A program made the position numbers and the translations under genes. Below are positions 1 to 9,340 of a stretch of 64,000 nucleotides of DNA, in pieces. The DNA lies in assembly GCA_026387175.1 (NCBI GenBank), contig JAPLME010000010.1, positions 138,490 to 202,489 on the forward strand. Reading direction: 5' to 3'. The stretch's first letter is position 1, and every line of letters begins with the position of its first letter. The notes beneath the pieces were generated by a model. That model was not told the origin of the DNA. It ran no database searches and saw only the letters and a program-made list of their open reading frames with translations. Source of the stretch: Candidatus Omnitrophota bacterium. Its GTDB lineage: Bacteria > Omnitrophota > Gorgyraeia > 2-01-FULL-45-10.

Positions 1-324
1 CCTTTGATCGATATACCCAAACTCGCGGCAATAGCCCAAAATATGGTCAAGACAGCTATAGATTCATTCGTAAAGAGCGATATCGAATTGGCCAGGCAGG
101 TCCTTCTCTCCGATCCCGAAGCGGATCGGCTCCGTAACGAGATACAGAAGGAGCTGGTTGAGGGATATCTGTCAAAAGACGGCTCCACGGCTCCGAGGGC
201 GGTACAGCTTCTATTGATAGCGCGCTTCCTGGAGAGGATATGCGACCATACGACCAATATCGCCGAGGATGTGATATATCTGGTCCAGGCTGAAGTGATG
301 AGGCACCATCCGGAGAAATTATAG
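1..324 (+). CDS. phoU: PhoU-family phosphate transport regulator, C-terminal part (5-prime end lies outside the window)
   Basis: Reading frame is open from nt 1. PhoU-like helical repeat with the conserved acidic/His motif (ERICDHTTNIAEDV). Stop at 322-324. Confidence 0.7.
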   Translation, partial: PLIDIPKLAAIAQNMVKTAIDSFVKSDIELARQVLLSDPEADRLRNEIQKELVEGYLSKDGSTAPRAVQLLLIARFLERICDHTTNIAEDVIYLVQAEVMRHHPEKL

Positions 325-813
325 ATGGTAAATAAGCCGGTGATGATCGTGATATCGAGGTTCTTAAAGGCCGTATATCTCAAGATATTCAGGATAAATG
401 ACACTCCGCAAAAGATAGCGTTGGGCCTGGGGTTGGGCGTATTTATGGGGGTCCTTCCGGGCACCGGCCCGATCGCGGCGCTGGCTCTCGCTCTTCTATT
501 CAGGGTAAACCGCGCTAGCGCTCTATTAGGAAGCATACTCACCAATACCTGGCTGAGCATACCCGTATTCCTGTTATCCCTGCGAACCGGCGCTGTTATC
601 ACCGGCGTAAGCTATCAGGCGCTTAAGAATGACTGGTCCCTCCTGATAAAAGATTTTCACTGGGCAACTCTCCTGGACCTGGGGGTGTATAAAATTTTAA
701 TGCCCATCCTTGCCGGATATGCGCTGATCTCCCTATCTATAGGAATAATCGCTTACGCCCTGACGCTTATTGTAGTAGTATACGGCAGGCGTAAAAAGAT
801 CAAAATCATTTAA
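325..813 (+). CDS. DUF2062-family small membrane protein
   Basis: Start abuts the phoU stop. Gly/Pro-rich GLGLGVFMGVLPGTGP motif followed by TM helices, typical of DUF2062 proteins that follow phoU. Confidence 0.55.
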   Translation: MVNKPVMIVISRFLKAVYLKIFRINDTPQKIALGLGLGVFMGVLPGTGPIAALALALLFRVNRASALLGSILTNTWLSIPVFLLSLRTGAVITGVSYQALKNDWSLLIKDFHWATLLDLGVYKILMPILAGYALISLSIGIIAYALTLIVVVYGRRKKIKII

Positions 814-1041
814 ATATTATGTATCTTATTGCGGTAAAGCGTGATACAATGTTTAATATGAAAACGATCAGAACTTCATCCAGGAGAAGGAAATGCAGGG
901 TCCGTCAGTGCGAACAGATATTGAGCATTTATAATCATGAGGTCTATTGCCATGCCCATCTGAAGGGCATGAGCTTTCAGACCGCCCTTTCGCACCCCGT
1001 CGTCTGCAGCAGTAAATAAGAATAGAAATAGAAATTAATAT

Positions 1042-1085
1042 AAAAAAACAGAGCAGGTTTACGCCTGCTCTGTTTTTCTGTTTTT
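1042..1085. terminator. Bidirectional Rho-independent terminator
   Basis: Hairpin CAGAGCAGG-tttacg-CCTGCTCTG (1049-1072) flanked by an A-run upstream and a T-run downstream. Lies 3-prime of the minus-strand csp gene and of the plus-strand upstream genes. Confidence 0.8.
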
Positions 1086-1104
1086 TGCCGCTATATTACA
1101 GCAA

Positions 1105-1305
1105 TTACAGCTTTGTTACGTTCGTGGCTTGTTTGCCTTTTGGTCCCTGAGTTATTTCGAACTCGACTTCCTGACCTTCGGCTAACGTCTTAAAGCCCTC
1201 ACCCTGAATTGCGCTGTGATGTACGAATACATCCTTGCCATTCTCGGGAGTGATAAAGCCGTAACCTTTTGCGTCGTTGAACCACTTCACTTTCCCTTTT
1301 ACCAT
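1105..1305 (-). CDS. csp: Cold-shock protein, CspA family (S1-like cold-shock domain)
   Basis: 66 aa, [18 protein letters not shown]...[11 protein letters not shown]1/RNP2 motifs. About 130-nt leader upstream, as is usual for csp mRNAs. Confidence 0.92.
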   Translation of the reverse strand: MVKGKVKWFNDAKGYGFITPENGKDVFVHHSAIQGEGFKTLAEGQEVEFEITQGPKGKQATNVTKL

Positions 1306-1491
1306 TGCTAACTACCTCCTTCCGTTCAAATTGAGGTAAATGTCAGATATTAATAAAAAAACCGCGAGGTTAGTAGTGCATCCTCCCGGTGTAAGATACC
1401 TGAATAACCATTTACCACGTGTGTAAAGATACCATTATTATGTAGTATTGTCAAGAATTATTTTATATAATATACGAAATCCGATTTTCGC

Positions 1492-1568
1492 GTGCCTGTA
1501 GCTCAACTGGATAGAGTAGCGGGCTTCGAACCCGTTGGTTGCAGGTTCAAGTCCTGCCAGGCACGCCA
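1492..1568 (+). tRNA. tRNA-Arg (anticodon TCG)
   Basis: Manual fold: acceptor GTGCCTG/CAGGCAC, D-arm GCTC..GAGT, anticodon stem GCGGG/CCCGT with loop CTTCGAA, T-arm GCAGG-TTCAAGT-CCTGC, discriminator G, encoded CCA. Confidence 0.8.
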
Positions 1569-1591
1569 TATTAGATATAGAAAATTTGCAG

Positions 1592-1676
1592 GCGGACGTG
1601 GCGGAATTGGCAGACGCGCACGGCTTAGGACCGTGTGCCTTCGGGCTTGAGAGTTCAACTCTCTCCGTCCGCACCA
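1592..1676 (+). tRNA. tRNA-Leu (anticodon TAG), long variable arm
   Basis: Acceptor GCGGACG/CGTCCGC, anticodon stem CACGG/CCGTG with loop CTTAGGA, long variable arm, T-arm GAGAG-TTCAACT-CTCTC, discriminator A, CCA. 85 nt. Confidence 0.8.
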
Positions 1677-1897
1677 TTTAGATTTAACAGATTCGCTATC
1701 AGAAATGTCTGCACTTGCCAGCCCTGTTAGCATATAAAAAAGTTTATCATGTATGTTTGACATCACTTCTTTTTTCATGTATACTTATATGTAGGTAGAA
1801 GAGATTCTATAGATACTGTCTGGAATTCAGGTATTTTCAGGCAGATATTTTTTCGGTTGTTATATTATAGTTTTAAAAAGTATAAGGGGATAATAAA

Positions 1898-4060
1898 ATG
1901 AAAAAGCTAATAGCGATCTTGATATGCCTTGCAATTGTGGTGTTGGTAGGAATGCCGGCTTTTGCCGCGAACAGTAGTGACATTGTGAAGAAACAGCAAA
2001 CGTCGATTGTGAAGGTAGCGCCGGATATAAAATTGCAGGGTGCTAAAATTGGAGTTAAAGGTGCTATCATCACACCGATCAAGAGTATCGATCCTTACGC
2101 TGTGGCAACACAGTATCTTGCCAGTATGGTAAATCCCGATTCATACAAACTTGTAGGCACAAAACCTATGGGTACAGATACTATCATGTATGTATTCAAA
2201 ATCCCGAATGGTTCCGTAATTAATGTGTATGTAAATAAACTTACGTTTAAAGCATCAATAGATCAACGTATACAGGATGCATTGACCGCTGCCCGGGCGA
2301 ACGCTGCACTCCATACGGGCGTGGAAATAGGAACGGTCCATGTAAATGGGATAGAAGATGTTTCCAATAATCTCGCAGGTATCGCATACCGTATATCATT
2401 AAGGGTTAATAATTTTGACATAGCATTTATGTACTCACAGAAATCCCTTACCACGCATATGCAGCCCTTATCCATTGTGGATCGGACTACCGGTGTCGAT
2501 GTTCTCAAGAAGGCCGTTGATTACCTATCGGGATTCTTGAATCCAAGTGATTTTCCGATAGCTAGCTGGGCAGTTTCTACTAGCGGCAACATATCTTTCA
2601 AATTCGCGCTCAATCGGGAACAGTTTTATAAACCGGACTATATAATACTGGTAACGGTTAATTCGGTTACCGGTGTTGTTAGCACAACGTTCCCAAAACT
2701 CAAGGAATGGGTTATGTCCGCAAACGAAATGATGAAAGAATATTTTAACGCTGAGACAGTGCATATTGTCGATATGATTAACGTTGATGGCATTGCGGCG
2801 GATGGAGCGCCTCTTTTTTATATTGGCTACTCAATTATGGGAAAAGAGATCGGCTTCCATGTTAACCGGGATACCGGTGTAGCATACTTTGGAACGATGG
2901 GCGACTGGCGCTGCGCCACCATTGTCCTCGAAACAAGACAGAACGTAGCGTCGCACATGGGCTTGGATGATATAGGAAAAGTGTATACAAATGATTTCGC
3001 GATCCTGTATGCCGCCTCCTATGAAGTCGTGATGAGCTTGACGTTCAGGGTCGATAATTACACGATTAAAATGCAATATGATTATCACTATGCCGGGCTG
3101 CCGGGCTGGCAAGGTATCTCCTTGAGGTCCTTCATTGATAATAACACGGGAAGAGATTATGTGGAAAAGGCTAGAGAGCAATTAGGCAATCTGTTTAATA
3201 TAAAGTGGGGCGATTCATCCAAATTTATGGTAAAAGACTGGATTATAAAGGATGGCGAGCTTCAACTTAATATTTTTGACAGCACGATCAGCAGCGATAT
3301 TATTATGTCAGTAACCGTTAACTTAAGCACAGGGTATATTGCGATTGATCGGACTATGGTTGATTTAGTGATGGCGGTGCGTAACGATGTATCTAAGAAG
3401 CTAAGTACGGATATCGCGGACGTGCACATAAACTTCATACAATATAAATATGAAGGCAAGGCTGGCGGGTGGAACACAAACATATATTGCTTTAATATTA
3501 GCACGTCGCAGTTTACCCTTAAATATGAATACAACAGAGAAACCAGCGTTACAAAGCTGGCTTCCTGCAAAAACAACGCTAACGGTATAGACCTGTATGC
3601 TAATGCCGTCAATTATTTGCATCAAAACTACGGCGAAGATCCGAATCTTACAAATTGGAACATCGAGAAGAATGGTGCAAGTGTACTTTTCGACTTCAAG
3701 TTGGCCAACGGCGAAACAATAAAAATAAGGGTTGTCATAGGAACTGGTGAACCCCAGCTTATACGTTCTCCCGGACCTTATCTTAACCAGGATAAGCTGA
3801 CTATTAATTCGCCGCTGAGTACGAAGAATCCTGATTCGCCTCAAAGCCCATCGGCGCCAATCGGGCCCTACCTCAATTCGTCTCCCGGGCCGACCGCATC
3901 AGCTCCGACTGTAACGCTTCAACCGAATAATACAGAAATTAGCCAGCAGAAAACTTTAGAAACTCAAATTGAGCTAAAAGGGAATGGGGAGAATTACACA
4001 GTCTCCGGGCAGATGGCAAGTGCGCCGAAGGGAGCTATTCCAGTTCAGAAAAAGCAGTAA
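1898..4060 (+). CDS. Secreted hypothetical protein (720 aa) with a Pro/Ser-rich low-complexity C-terminal region
   Basis: N-terminal signal peptide MKKLIAILICLAIVVLVGMPAFA. GGGG RBS-like run upstream (GGGGATAATAAAATG). No recognisable catalytic motif. PDSPQSPSAPIGP...SSPGPTASAPT linker near the C-terminus. Confidence 0.7.
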   Translation: MKKLIAILICLAIVVLVGMPAFAANSSDIVKKQQTSIVKVAPDIKLQGAKIGVKGAIITPIKSIDPYAVATQYLASMVNPDSYKLVGTKPMGTDTIMYVFKIPNGSVINVYVNKLTFKASIDQRIQDALTAARANAALHTGVEIGTVHVNGIEDVSNNLAGIAYRISLRVNNFDIAFMYSQKSLTTHMQPLSIVDRTTGVDVLKKAVDYLSGFLNPSDFPIASWAVSTSGNISFKFALNREQFYKPDYIILVTVNSVTGVVSTTFPKLKEWVMSANEMMKEYFNAETVHIVDMINVDGIAADGAPLFYIGYSIMGKEIGFHVNRDTGVAYFGTMGDWRCATIVLETRQNVASHMGLDDIGKVYTNDFAILYAASYEVVMSLTFRVDNYTIKMQYDYHYAGLPGWQGISLRSFIDNNTGRDYVEKAREQLGNLFNIKWGDSSKFMVKDWIIKDGELQLNIFDSTISSDIIMSVTVNLSTGYIAIDRTMVDLVMAVRNDVSKKLSTDIADVHINFIQYKYEGKAGGWNTNIYCFNISTSQFTLKYEYNRETSVTKLASCKNNANGIDLYANAVNYLHQNYGEDPNLTNWNIEKNGASVLFDFKLANGETIKIRVVIGTGEPQLIRSPGPYLNQDKLTINSPLSTKNPDSPQSPSAPIGPYLNSSPGPTASAPTVTLQPNNTEISQQKTLETQIELKGNGENYTVSGQMASAPKGAIPVQKKQ

Positions 4061-4080
4061 ACCCTCCGCGATCGCAAGAC

Positions 4081-4113
4081 AAAAGGGCTCGCTAAATATA
4101 GCGAGCCCTTTTA
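4081..4113 (+). terminator. Rho-independent terminator
   Basis: AAGGGCTCGC-taaatata-GCGAGCCCTT followed by TTTT, 20 nt after the stop of the 720-aa protein gene. Confidence 0.8.
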
Positions 4114-4167
4114 CTTGCTTTTGATTACCTATTTTGATATAATCAACCCCTAAATGCAGCAGGCTTT

Positions 4168-4243
4168 GCCCGCATAGCTCAATTGGCAGAGCAGGACACT
4201 CTTAATGTCAAGGTTCCAAGTTCGATTCTTGGTGCGGGCACCA
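4168..4243 (+). tRNA. tRNA-Lys (anticodon CTT)
   Basis: Acceptor GCCCGCA/TGCGGGC, D-arm GCTC-AATTGGCA-GAGC, anticodon loop CTCTTAA, T-arm AAGGTTCCAAGTTCGATTCTT region, discriminator A, CCA. Confidence 0.75.
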
Positions 4244-4273
4244 AAAAGGTGTAATTTAAGTTTTGGCTTTAAT

Positions 4274-4348
4274 GCGGCGGTAATTCAGTGGTAGAATGCG
4301 ACCTTGCCAAGGTCGATGTCGAGGGTTCGAACCCCTTCCGCCGCTCCA
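4274..4348 (+). tRNA. tRNA-Gly (anticodon GCC)
   Basis: Acceptor GCGGCGG/CCGCCGC, anticodon stem CGACC/GGTCG with loop TTGCCAA, T-arm GAGGG-TTCGAAC-CCCTT, discriminator T, CCA. Confidence 0.8.
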
Positions 4349-4412
4349 TTTTACAGCGCAGAAATTCGGTTTTGCGCTTGATATTTAAGAAAGCTAAGGA
4401 GGAAGTGCACGA

Positions 4413-4877
4413 ATGAAGATAATGGATTTTTTGAGCACAAAAGCGGTTATTGCCGATCTTAAGGCGACGGATAAAGATGGGGTAGTAAGGGAACTCGTCG
4501 ATTCTCTCGCCAAGGCAGAAAATATTAAAAATAAAGAAGAGCTTGTAAAGGCTCTGCTCACCAGAGAGTCGCTCGGCTCCACGGGAATAGGCCAGGGTAT
4601 AGGAATACCTCACGCTAAGACCCAGAGCGTTAAAAGCCTCGTCGCCGCGTTCGGGCTCTCCCGTAAGGGGGTCAGCTTCGATTCTCTCGACGGCGAGCCG
4701 GTCTATATATTCTTCCTGCTTATAGCGCCGGAAGAGTCGGCCGGCCCTCACCTGAAAGCGCTTGCCAGGATCTCCAGGATGCTTAAGGATAAGTACTTCA
4801 GGGAGCTTCTTAAGAAATCAAAAGACGAAAAAGATATACTTCGCATAATCCAGGAAGAAGATTCCAAGAAGTATTAA
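4413..4877 (+). CDS. ptsN: PTS EIIA(Ntr)-type nitrogen regulatory protein (PTS IIA type 2)
   Basis: 154 aa. Active-site His in GIGIPHAK and the typical LAPEE..HL motif. AAGGAGG RBS upstream. Confidence 0.85.
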   Translation: MKIMDFLSTKAVIADLKATDKDGVVRELVDSLAKAENIKNKEELVKALLTRESLGSTGIGQGIGIPHAKTQSVKSLVAAFGLSRKGVSFDSLDGEPVYIFFLLIAPEESAGPHLKALARISRMLKDKYFRELLKKSKDEKDILRIIQEEDSKKY

Positions 4878-4952
4878 GTCGGTTACGGAATTTTTTAAAT
4901 CTAGAGATAGTTGGATATTTAACCTGGGTATTGCGATAGGGAGAGTTGTCCG

Positions 4953-6197
4953 GTGAGGATATTAAAAGCTTTTAAGTGGCTCTACCCCGGCATGTGGGTA
5001 AAGAGATGGATACTCCTCTCCGTATTCGGCATCATCATGATATCGATGGGGTTTGTCGTAATGCTCCTGGAGCAGAACCCCAAAAGCAAACTATACGCCA
5101 CGACCATCATACTTATCGGTATCGTTACGGTAGTGACCGGGATAAAGAGGATAATCAAATCTTTCATAACCGTATTTTTGCCGGAGCGCGAAGGTGAGCT
5201 CGTTGACAGGATCTACCTGAAGAGGGTGCTCGAGAGAGGGCCGCGCATTACGGTGATAGGCGGCGGCACAGGGCTCTCGACCATGCTCCACGGCCTTAAG
5301 GAATATACGTCGAACATCACCGCGATAGTTACGGTAGCCGATGACGGCGGATCATCGGGACGCCTCAGAAAAGATTTTAATATGCTGCCGCCCGGCGATA
5401 TTCGCAACTGCCTGGTAGCGCTGGCGGACTCCGAGCCGCTGATGGGCCAGCTCTTTCAGTTTCGTTTCGAAGAGGGCGACGGCCTTAAAGGGCACAGTTT
5501 CGGGAATCTCTTCATAGCGGCCATGACAAAGGTCGCCGGCAGTTTCGACGCGGCCATCAAAGAATCGAGCAGGGTGCTTGCGATACGCGGAAGCGTGGTT
5601 CCGTCCACGCTGGATAAGGCGGTGCTGGTAGCCGAGCATGCCGATGGGCATGAGACGATCGGAGAGAGCGATATCCCCAAAGCGAACAGGCCCATAAAGC
5701 GGATATCGTTAAGGCCGGGCAATTGCCGCGCCACGTCTGAGGCGATAGACGCCATACGCAAGGCCGATGCCGTTGTGCTCGGGCCGGGCAGCTTGTATAC
5801 GAGCATAATACCTAACCTGTTGGTCGGCAATATATATAGAGAGCTGATGTCGTCGAAGGCCATAAAGGTATATGTCTGCAATGTAATGACCCAGAAAGGC
5901 GAAACCGACGGCTATAAAGCCAGCGATCACCTGAGGGCGATAATAGACCATACGGCTCCGGGCATTATTAATTACTGCATAGTCAATACGGCGAGGATAT
6001 CGCAGGAGATGTTGAAAAAATATGAGGGCGAATTTTCTTATCCTGTGGCAGCCGATATCGAAAACCTGAAGAAACTGAAGGTCAAGGCTGTAGAGGCTCA
6101 TATAATAAGCACTAAGGATTACGTCAGGCATGATTCGGTAAGGCTTGCTAAGATCATAGTGGATCTCGTAGGCAGTTTGAAAAAAGAGAAAAATTGA
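4953..6197 (+). CDS. YvcK/CofD-family (UPF0052, gluconeogenesis factor-like) protein with an N-terminal two-helix membrane anchor
   Basis: ITVIGGGTGLSTMLHGLK...TAIVTVADDGGSSGRLR motifs of the YvcK/2-phospho-L-lactate transferase family. GTG start and hydrophobic N-terminal 70 aa. Confidence 0.8.
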   Translation: MRILKAFKWLYPGMWVKRWILLSVFGIIMISMGFVVMLLEQNPKSKLYATTIILIGIVTVVTGIKRIIKSFITVFLPEREGELVDRIYLKRVLERGPRITVIGGGTGLSTMLHGLKEYTSNITAIVTVADDGGSSGRLRKDFNMLPPGDIRNCLVALADSEPLMGQLFQFRFEEGDGLKGHSFGNLFIAAMTKVAGSFDAAIKESSRVLAIRGSVVPSTLDKAVLVAEHADGHETIGESDIPKANRPIKRISLRPGNCRATSEAIDAIRKADAVVLGPGSLYTSIIPNLLVGNIYRELMSSKAIKVYVCNVMTQKGETDGYKASDHLRAIIDHTAPGIINYCIVNTARISQEMLKKYEGEFSYPVAADIENLKKLKVKAVEAHIISTKDYVRHDSVRLAKIIVDLVGSLKKEKN

Positions 6198-6214
6198 AAT
6201 AAGGTTCTATAAGC

Positions 6215-6493
6215 ATGATCATAGAAAAAGTGATTACCATAAAAAATAAACAGGGTTTGCACGCTCGCCCTGCCGCGCTATTTGTGCAGATAGCCAATAA
6301 GTTCAATAGCGAGATCACGATCTCCAAGGGCAGGCATAAAGTGAACGGCAAGTCCATAATGGGGATAATGATGCTCGAGGCGGGAAGCGGCTCCAAGGTG
6401 ACTATGATCATAAACGGCGATGACGCGGAAGCGGCCATGAAAGAGCTGGAGATCCTGCTCGTTTCGGACGATATCGACGAATTGGTGGTATAA
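6215..6493 (+). CDS. ptsH: Phosphocarrier protein HPr
   Basis: 92 aa with the His15 region GLHARPA. Confidence 0.9.
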   Translation: MIIEKVITIKNKQGLHARPAALFVQIANKFNSEITISKGRHKVNGKSIMGIMMLEAGSGSKVTMIINGDDAEAAMKELEILLVSDDIDELVV

Positions 6494-6500
6494 AGACTTT

Positions 6501-8264
6501 ATGAAAAAGAAAGAGACTATACTTAAAGGTATTCCGGCCTCTCCCGGCATAGTGAGCGGCAAGGCCTTTCTTTATGGAAGGGAACAGTACACCATTGCCC
6601 GGCGCGCCGTAAAAGAAGAGCAGATACCGAACGAGTTAAAGCGTTTTAAAGACGCTCTCATCCAGACGAAGAACGAGATCCTCGATATAAAGAAGCGTAT
6701 CTCCGAAGAGATGAGCGCGAAACATGCCCAGATATTCAGCGCCCACCTCCTTGTAATAGACGACAGCATGCTGATAGAGGAGGTCGTCTCCAAGCTTAAA
6801 AAAGACAAGCTCTCGATAGAGTATATCTTCCAGGATGTCCTTCGCCGCTACATAAAAGTCTTCTCGGAGATGGATGACGAATACCTCAAAGAGCGCATAA
6901 GCGATATAAATGACGTCGGAAGGCGCATACTGCGCAATCTTATAGGCGCCAAGGAAGACGTATTGGGCAACCTTAAGGAAAAAGTCATAGTGATAGCATA
7001 TGACCTTTCGCCTTCCGATACCGCCACGATGCATAAGAAGAATGTGAAAGGTTTTGCCACCGATATAGGCGGCAGGACCTCCCATACCGCCATTATGGCG
7101 AAATCTCTTGAGATACCGGCCGTCGTCGGCCTCGAAGTATTGACGAAGAAGGTGGAGTCGGGCGATGAGATTATAATCGACGGCACTCACGGTATCGTGG
7201 TGGTGAACCCCGCTCCCAGGACGATGAAGAAGTATGAGCAGGATAGGGAAAAATTCGCCACTTTCGCGAAGCACCTGCTGGAACTGAAGGACCTGCCATG
7301 CGTCACTCTGGACGAAAAGAAGATAGGGCTGGCCGCGAATATCGAGGTCCCGGAAGACGTGCCTTCGGTAATGGCCCATGGCGCTGAAGGTATAGGCCTT
7401 TACAGGACAGAGTATTTCTATATGAACCGCAAGGATCTGCCGACCGAGGAAGAACAATTCAGGGCATATTCGTCCGTAGCGAAAAAGATGAAACCCCACC
7501 CCGTGACCATAAGGACGATGGACCTCGGCGGCGACAAGTTCCTTTCACAGCTCGATGTCCCGCAGCAGATGAACCCGTTTCTCGGGTGGAGGGCCATCAG
7601 GTTCTGCCTGGCGCGGCCGGATATATTCAATGCTCAGCTAAGGGCGATACTCAGGGCCTCCGCATACGGGAAGCTCAGGGTCATGTATCCGATGATATCC
7701 GGTATCGAAGAATTGAAACAGGCCAACGCATTTCTGGAAAGCTCGAAGAAAGAGCTTAAGAAAGAGGGCCTGGCATACGACGAAAATATAGAGGTGGGCG
7801 CCATGATAGAGGTGCCGTCCGCCGCTTTAACGAGCGATATATTAGCCAAAGAGGCCGATTTCTTCTCTATAGGCACCAATGACCTTATACAATATTCTCT
7901 GGCCGTGGACCGCGTTAATGAGAAGATCGCTTATCTTTACGAGCCCACTCACCCGGCGATACTGCGCCTGATAAAAAAAGTTGTCGAGAACGGCCATGAG
8001 GCCGGGATATGGGTGGGAATGTGCGGAGAGATGGCAGGCGATATAATCATGACCATAATACTTCTCGGCCTGGGGCTCGATGAGTTTAGCACCTCGCCTA
8101 TAGCGACGCCTGAGATAAAACGCGTAGTAAGGTCCGTAACTATCAGCCAGGCCAAAGAGGTGGCGGAAGGGGCTCTTGCCCTTTCTACCGGTAAAGAGGT
8201 TGAGGCCTACGCGAAGAAGAAGCTCATGGAGATAGTGCCGGATATAGCGGCGGAACTAGGGTAG
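6501..8264 (+). CDS. ptsI: Phosphoenolpyruvate-protein phosphotransferase (PTS Enzyme I)
   Basis: 587 aa. Phospho-His loop GGRTSHTAIMAKSLEIPAVVG and PEP-utilising C-terminal domain motifs. Confidence 0.9.
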   Translation: MKKKETILKGIPASPGIVSGKAFLYGREQYTIARRAVKEEQIPNELKRFKDALIQTKNEILDIKKRISEEMSAKHAQIFSAHLLVIDDSMLIEEVVSKLKKDKLSIEYIFQDVLRRYIKVFSEMDDEYLKERISDINDVGRRILRNLIGAKEDVLGNLKEKVIVIAYDLSPSDTATMHKKNVKGFATDIGGRTSHTAIMAKSLEIPAVVGLEVLTKKVESGDEIIIDGTHGIVVVNPAPRTMKKYEQDREKFATFAKHLLELKDLPCVTLDEKKIGLAANIEVPEDVPSVMAHGAEGIGLYRTEYFYMNRKDLPTEEEQFRAYSSVAKKMKPHPVTIRTMDLGGDKFLSQLDVPQQMNPFLGWRAIRFCLARPDIFNAQLRAILRASAYGKLRVMYPMISGIEELKQANAFLESSKKELKKEGLAYDENIEVGAMIEVPSAALTSDILAKEADFFSIGTNDLIQYSLAVDRVNEKIAYLYEPTHPAILRLIKKVVENGHEAGIWVGMCGEMAGDIIMTIILLGLGLDEFSTSPIATPEIKRVVRSVTISQAKEVAEGALALSTGKEVEAYAKKKLMEIVPDIAAELG

Positions 8265-8269
8265 ATTTC

Positions 8270-9340
8270 ATGATAGGCCTGGACAGTTTAAGCGCTGTAA
8301 AGAAGTATGACCGCTCCGGCATGGTTTCCGTCATCGAGGGCTTCCCAAAGCAGTGCCGCGACGCGGAAAAGATAGGTCTCCTTTCGAATATCCCCGATTC
8401 ATTTAAAATAAAATACCGGAATATAGTATGCACGGGCATGGGCGGATCCGCGATAGGCGCCGATATAGCCAGGTCATATACCGCGGATGAGTCCCGGACG
8501 CCGATATTCGTTAACAGGAATTATAAACTGCCCGCTTTCGTGGGCAGGGACTCGCTCGTAATAGTCTCCAGCTATTCCGGAAATACGGAGGAGACTATAA
8601 GCGCGTTTAAAGACGCCGTAACTAAAGGCGCTCGTATAATAATGATAACATCCGGCGGCGCTCTGAAGGGCCTCGCCGAGCGCCGGTCGATCCCGGTCAT
8701 TATAGTGCCTCCGGGCCTTCAGCCGCGTGCCGCGATAGGGTACTCTTTTTTTACTCTTATAACCGTGCTTTCTAAAATAGGTGTGATCAGTGACAAGCGA
8801 AAGGATATAAGAGAGGCTATAAAAGGCTTGGAAGAGCTTGAGAAGACGAGCATCGGGTTAGCTGTGCGCGCGCCTAAGAACCTGGCTAAAGATATAGCGC
8901 GGAATATCCATTCAAAGATCCCTGTTATATATTCGGAAGCGGACCATCTGGACGCGGTCACCACCCGGTGGAGGGGCCAGCTGGCGGAGAACGCGAAAAC
9001 GATCGCCTCCAGCAATCTATTCCCTGAGATGACGCACAACGAGATCGTCGGCTGGGAATGTCCTGAAAAGGCGCTGAAGGATTTAGCGGTCATTATGCTG
9101 AAAGACCGGGATGATAATCCCAGGGTCGCGAAGAGGATGGAGATCGTTAAGAAGATAGTATCCGGCCTGGGCGTTAAGGTTATCGAGGTCAATTCCCGTG
9201 GGACGGGCTTACTGGCCAGGATCTTCTCCTTAATATATATAGGCGATTACGTAAGTTACTATCTTGCGATATTAAATAAACGCGATCCGACACCGGTAGA
9301 GAGGATAGCTTATTTAAAGAAAGAGATGGCGAAGAGATGA
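8270..9340 (+). CDS. Bifunctional phosphoglucose/phosphomannose isomerase (SIS-domain PGI/PMI family)
   Basis: 356 aa. SIS motifs CTGMGGSAIG and VSSYSGNTEET. Typical length for archaeal-type PGI/PMI. Confidence 0.7.
   Translation: MIGLDSLSAVKKYDRSGMVSVIEGFPKQCRDAEKIGLLSNIPDSFKIKYRNIVCTGMGGSAIGADIARSYTADESRTPIFVNRNYKLPAFVGRDSLVIVSSYSGNTEETISAFKDAVTKGARIIMITSGGALKGLAERRSIPVIIVPPGLQPRAAIGYSFFTLITVLSKIGVISDKRKDIREAIKGLEELEKTSIGLAVRAPKNLAKDIARNIHSKIPVIYSEADHLDAVTTRWRGQLAENAKTIASSNLFPEMTHNEIVGWECPEKALKDLAVIMLKDRDDNPRVAKRMEIVKKIVSGLGVKVIEVNSRGTGLLARIFSLIYIGDYVSYYLAILNKRDPTPVERIAYLKKEMAKR

Noticed and set aside
819-1019. 66-aa Arg/Cys-rich + strand ORF between the DUF2062 gene and the csp terminator
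   Set aside because: It has no RBS, an atypical composition and no recognisable domain. It is more likely non-coding 3-prime UTR, although a small inverted repeat (CATGCCC-atctgaa-GGGCATG) is present.
1438-1778. Minus-strand ORFs (79 and 91 aa) overlapping tRNA-Arg and tRNA-Leu
   Set aside because: They are fully explained by tRNA genes on the opposite strand, and their composition is not protein-like.
4269-4751. 160-aa minus-strand ORF overlapping tRNA-Gly and ptsN
   Set aside because: It is antisense to a well-supported ptsN and to a tRNA, so it is an artefact.
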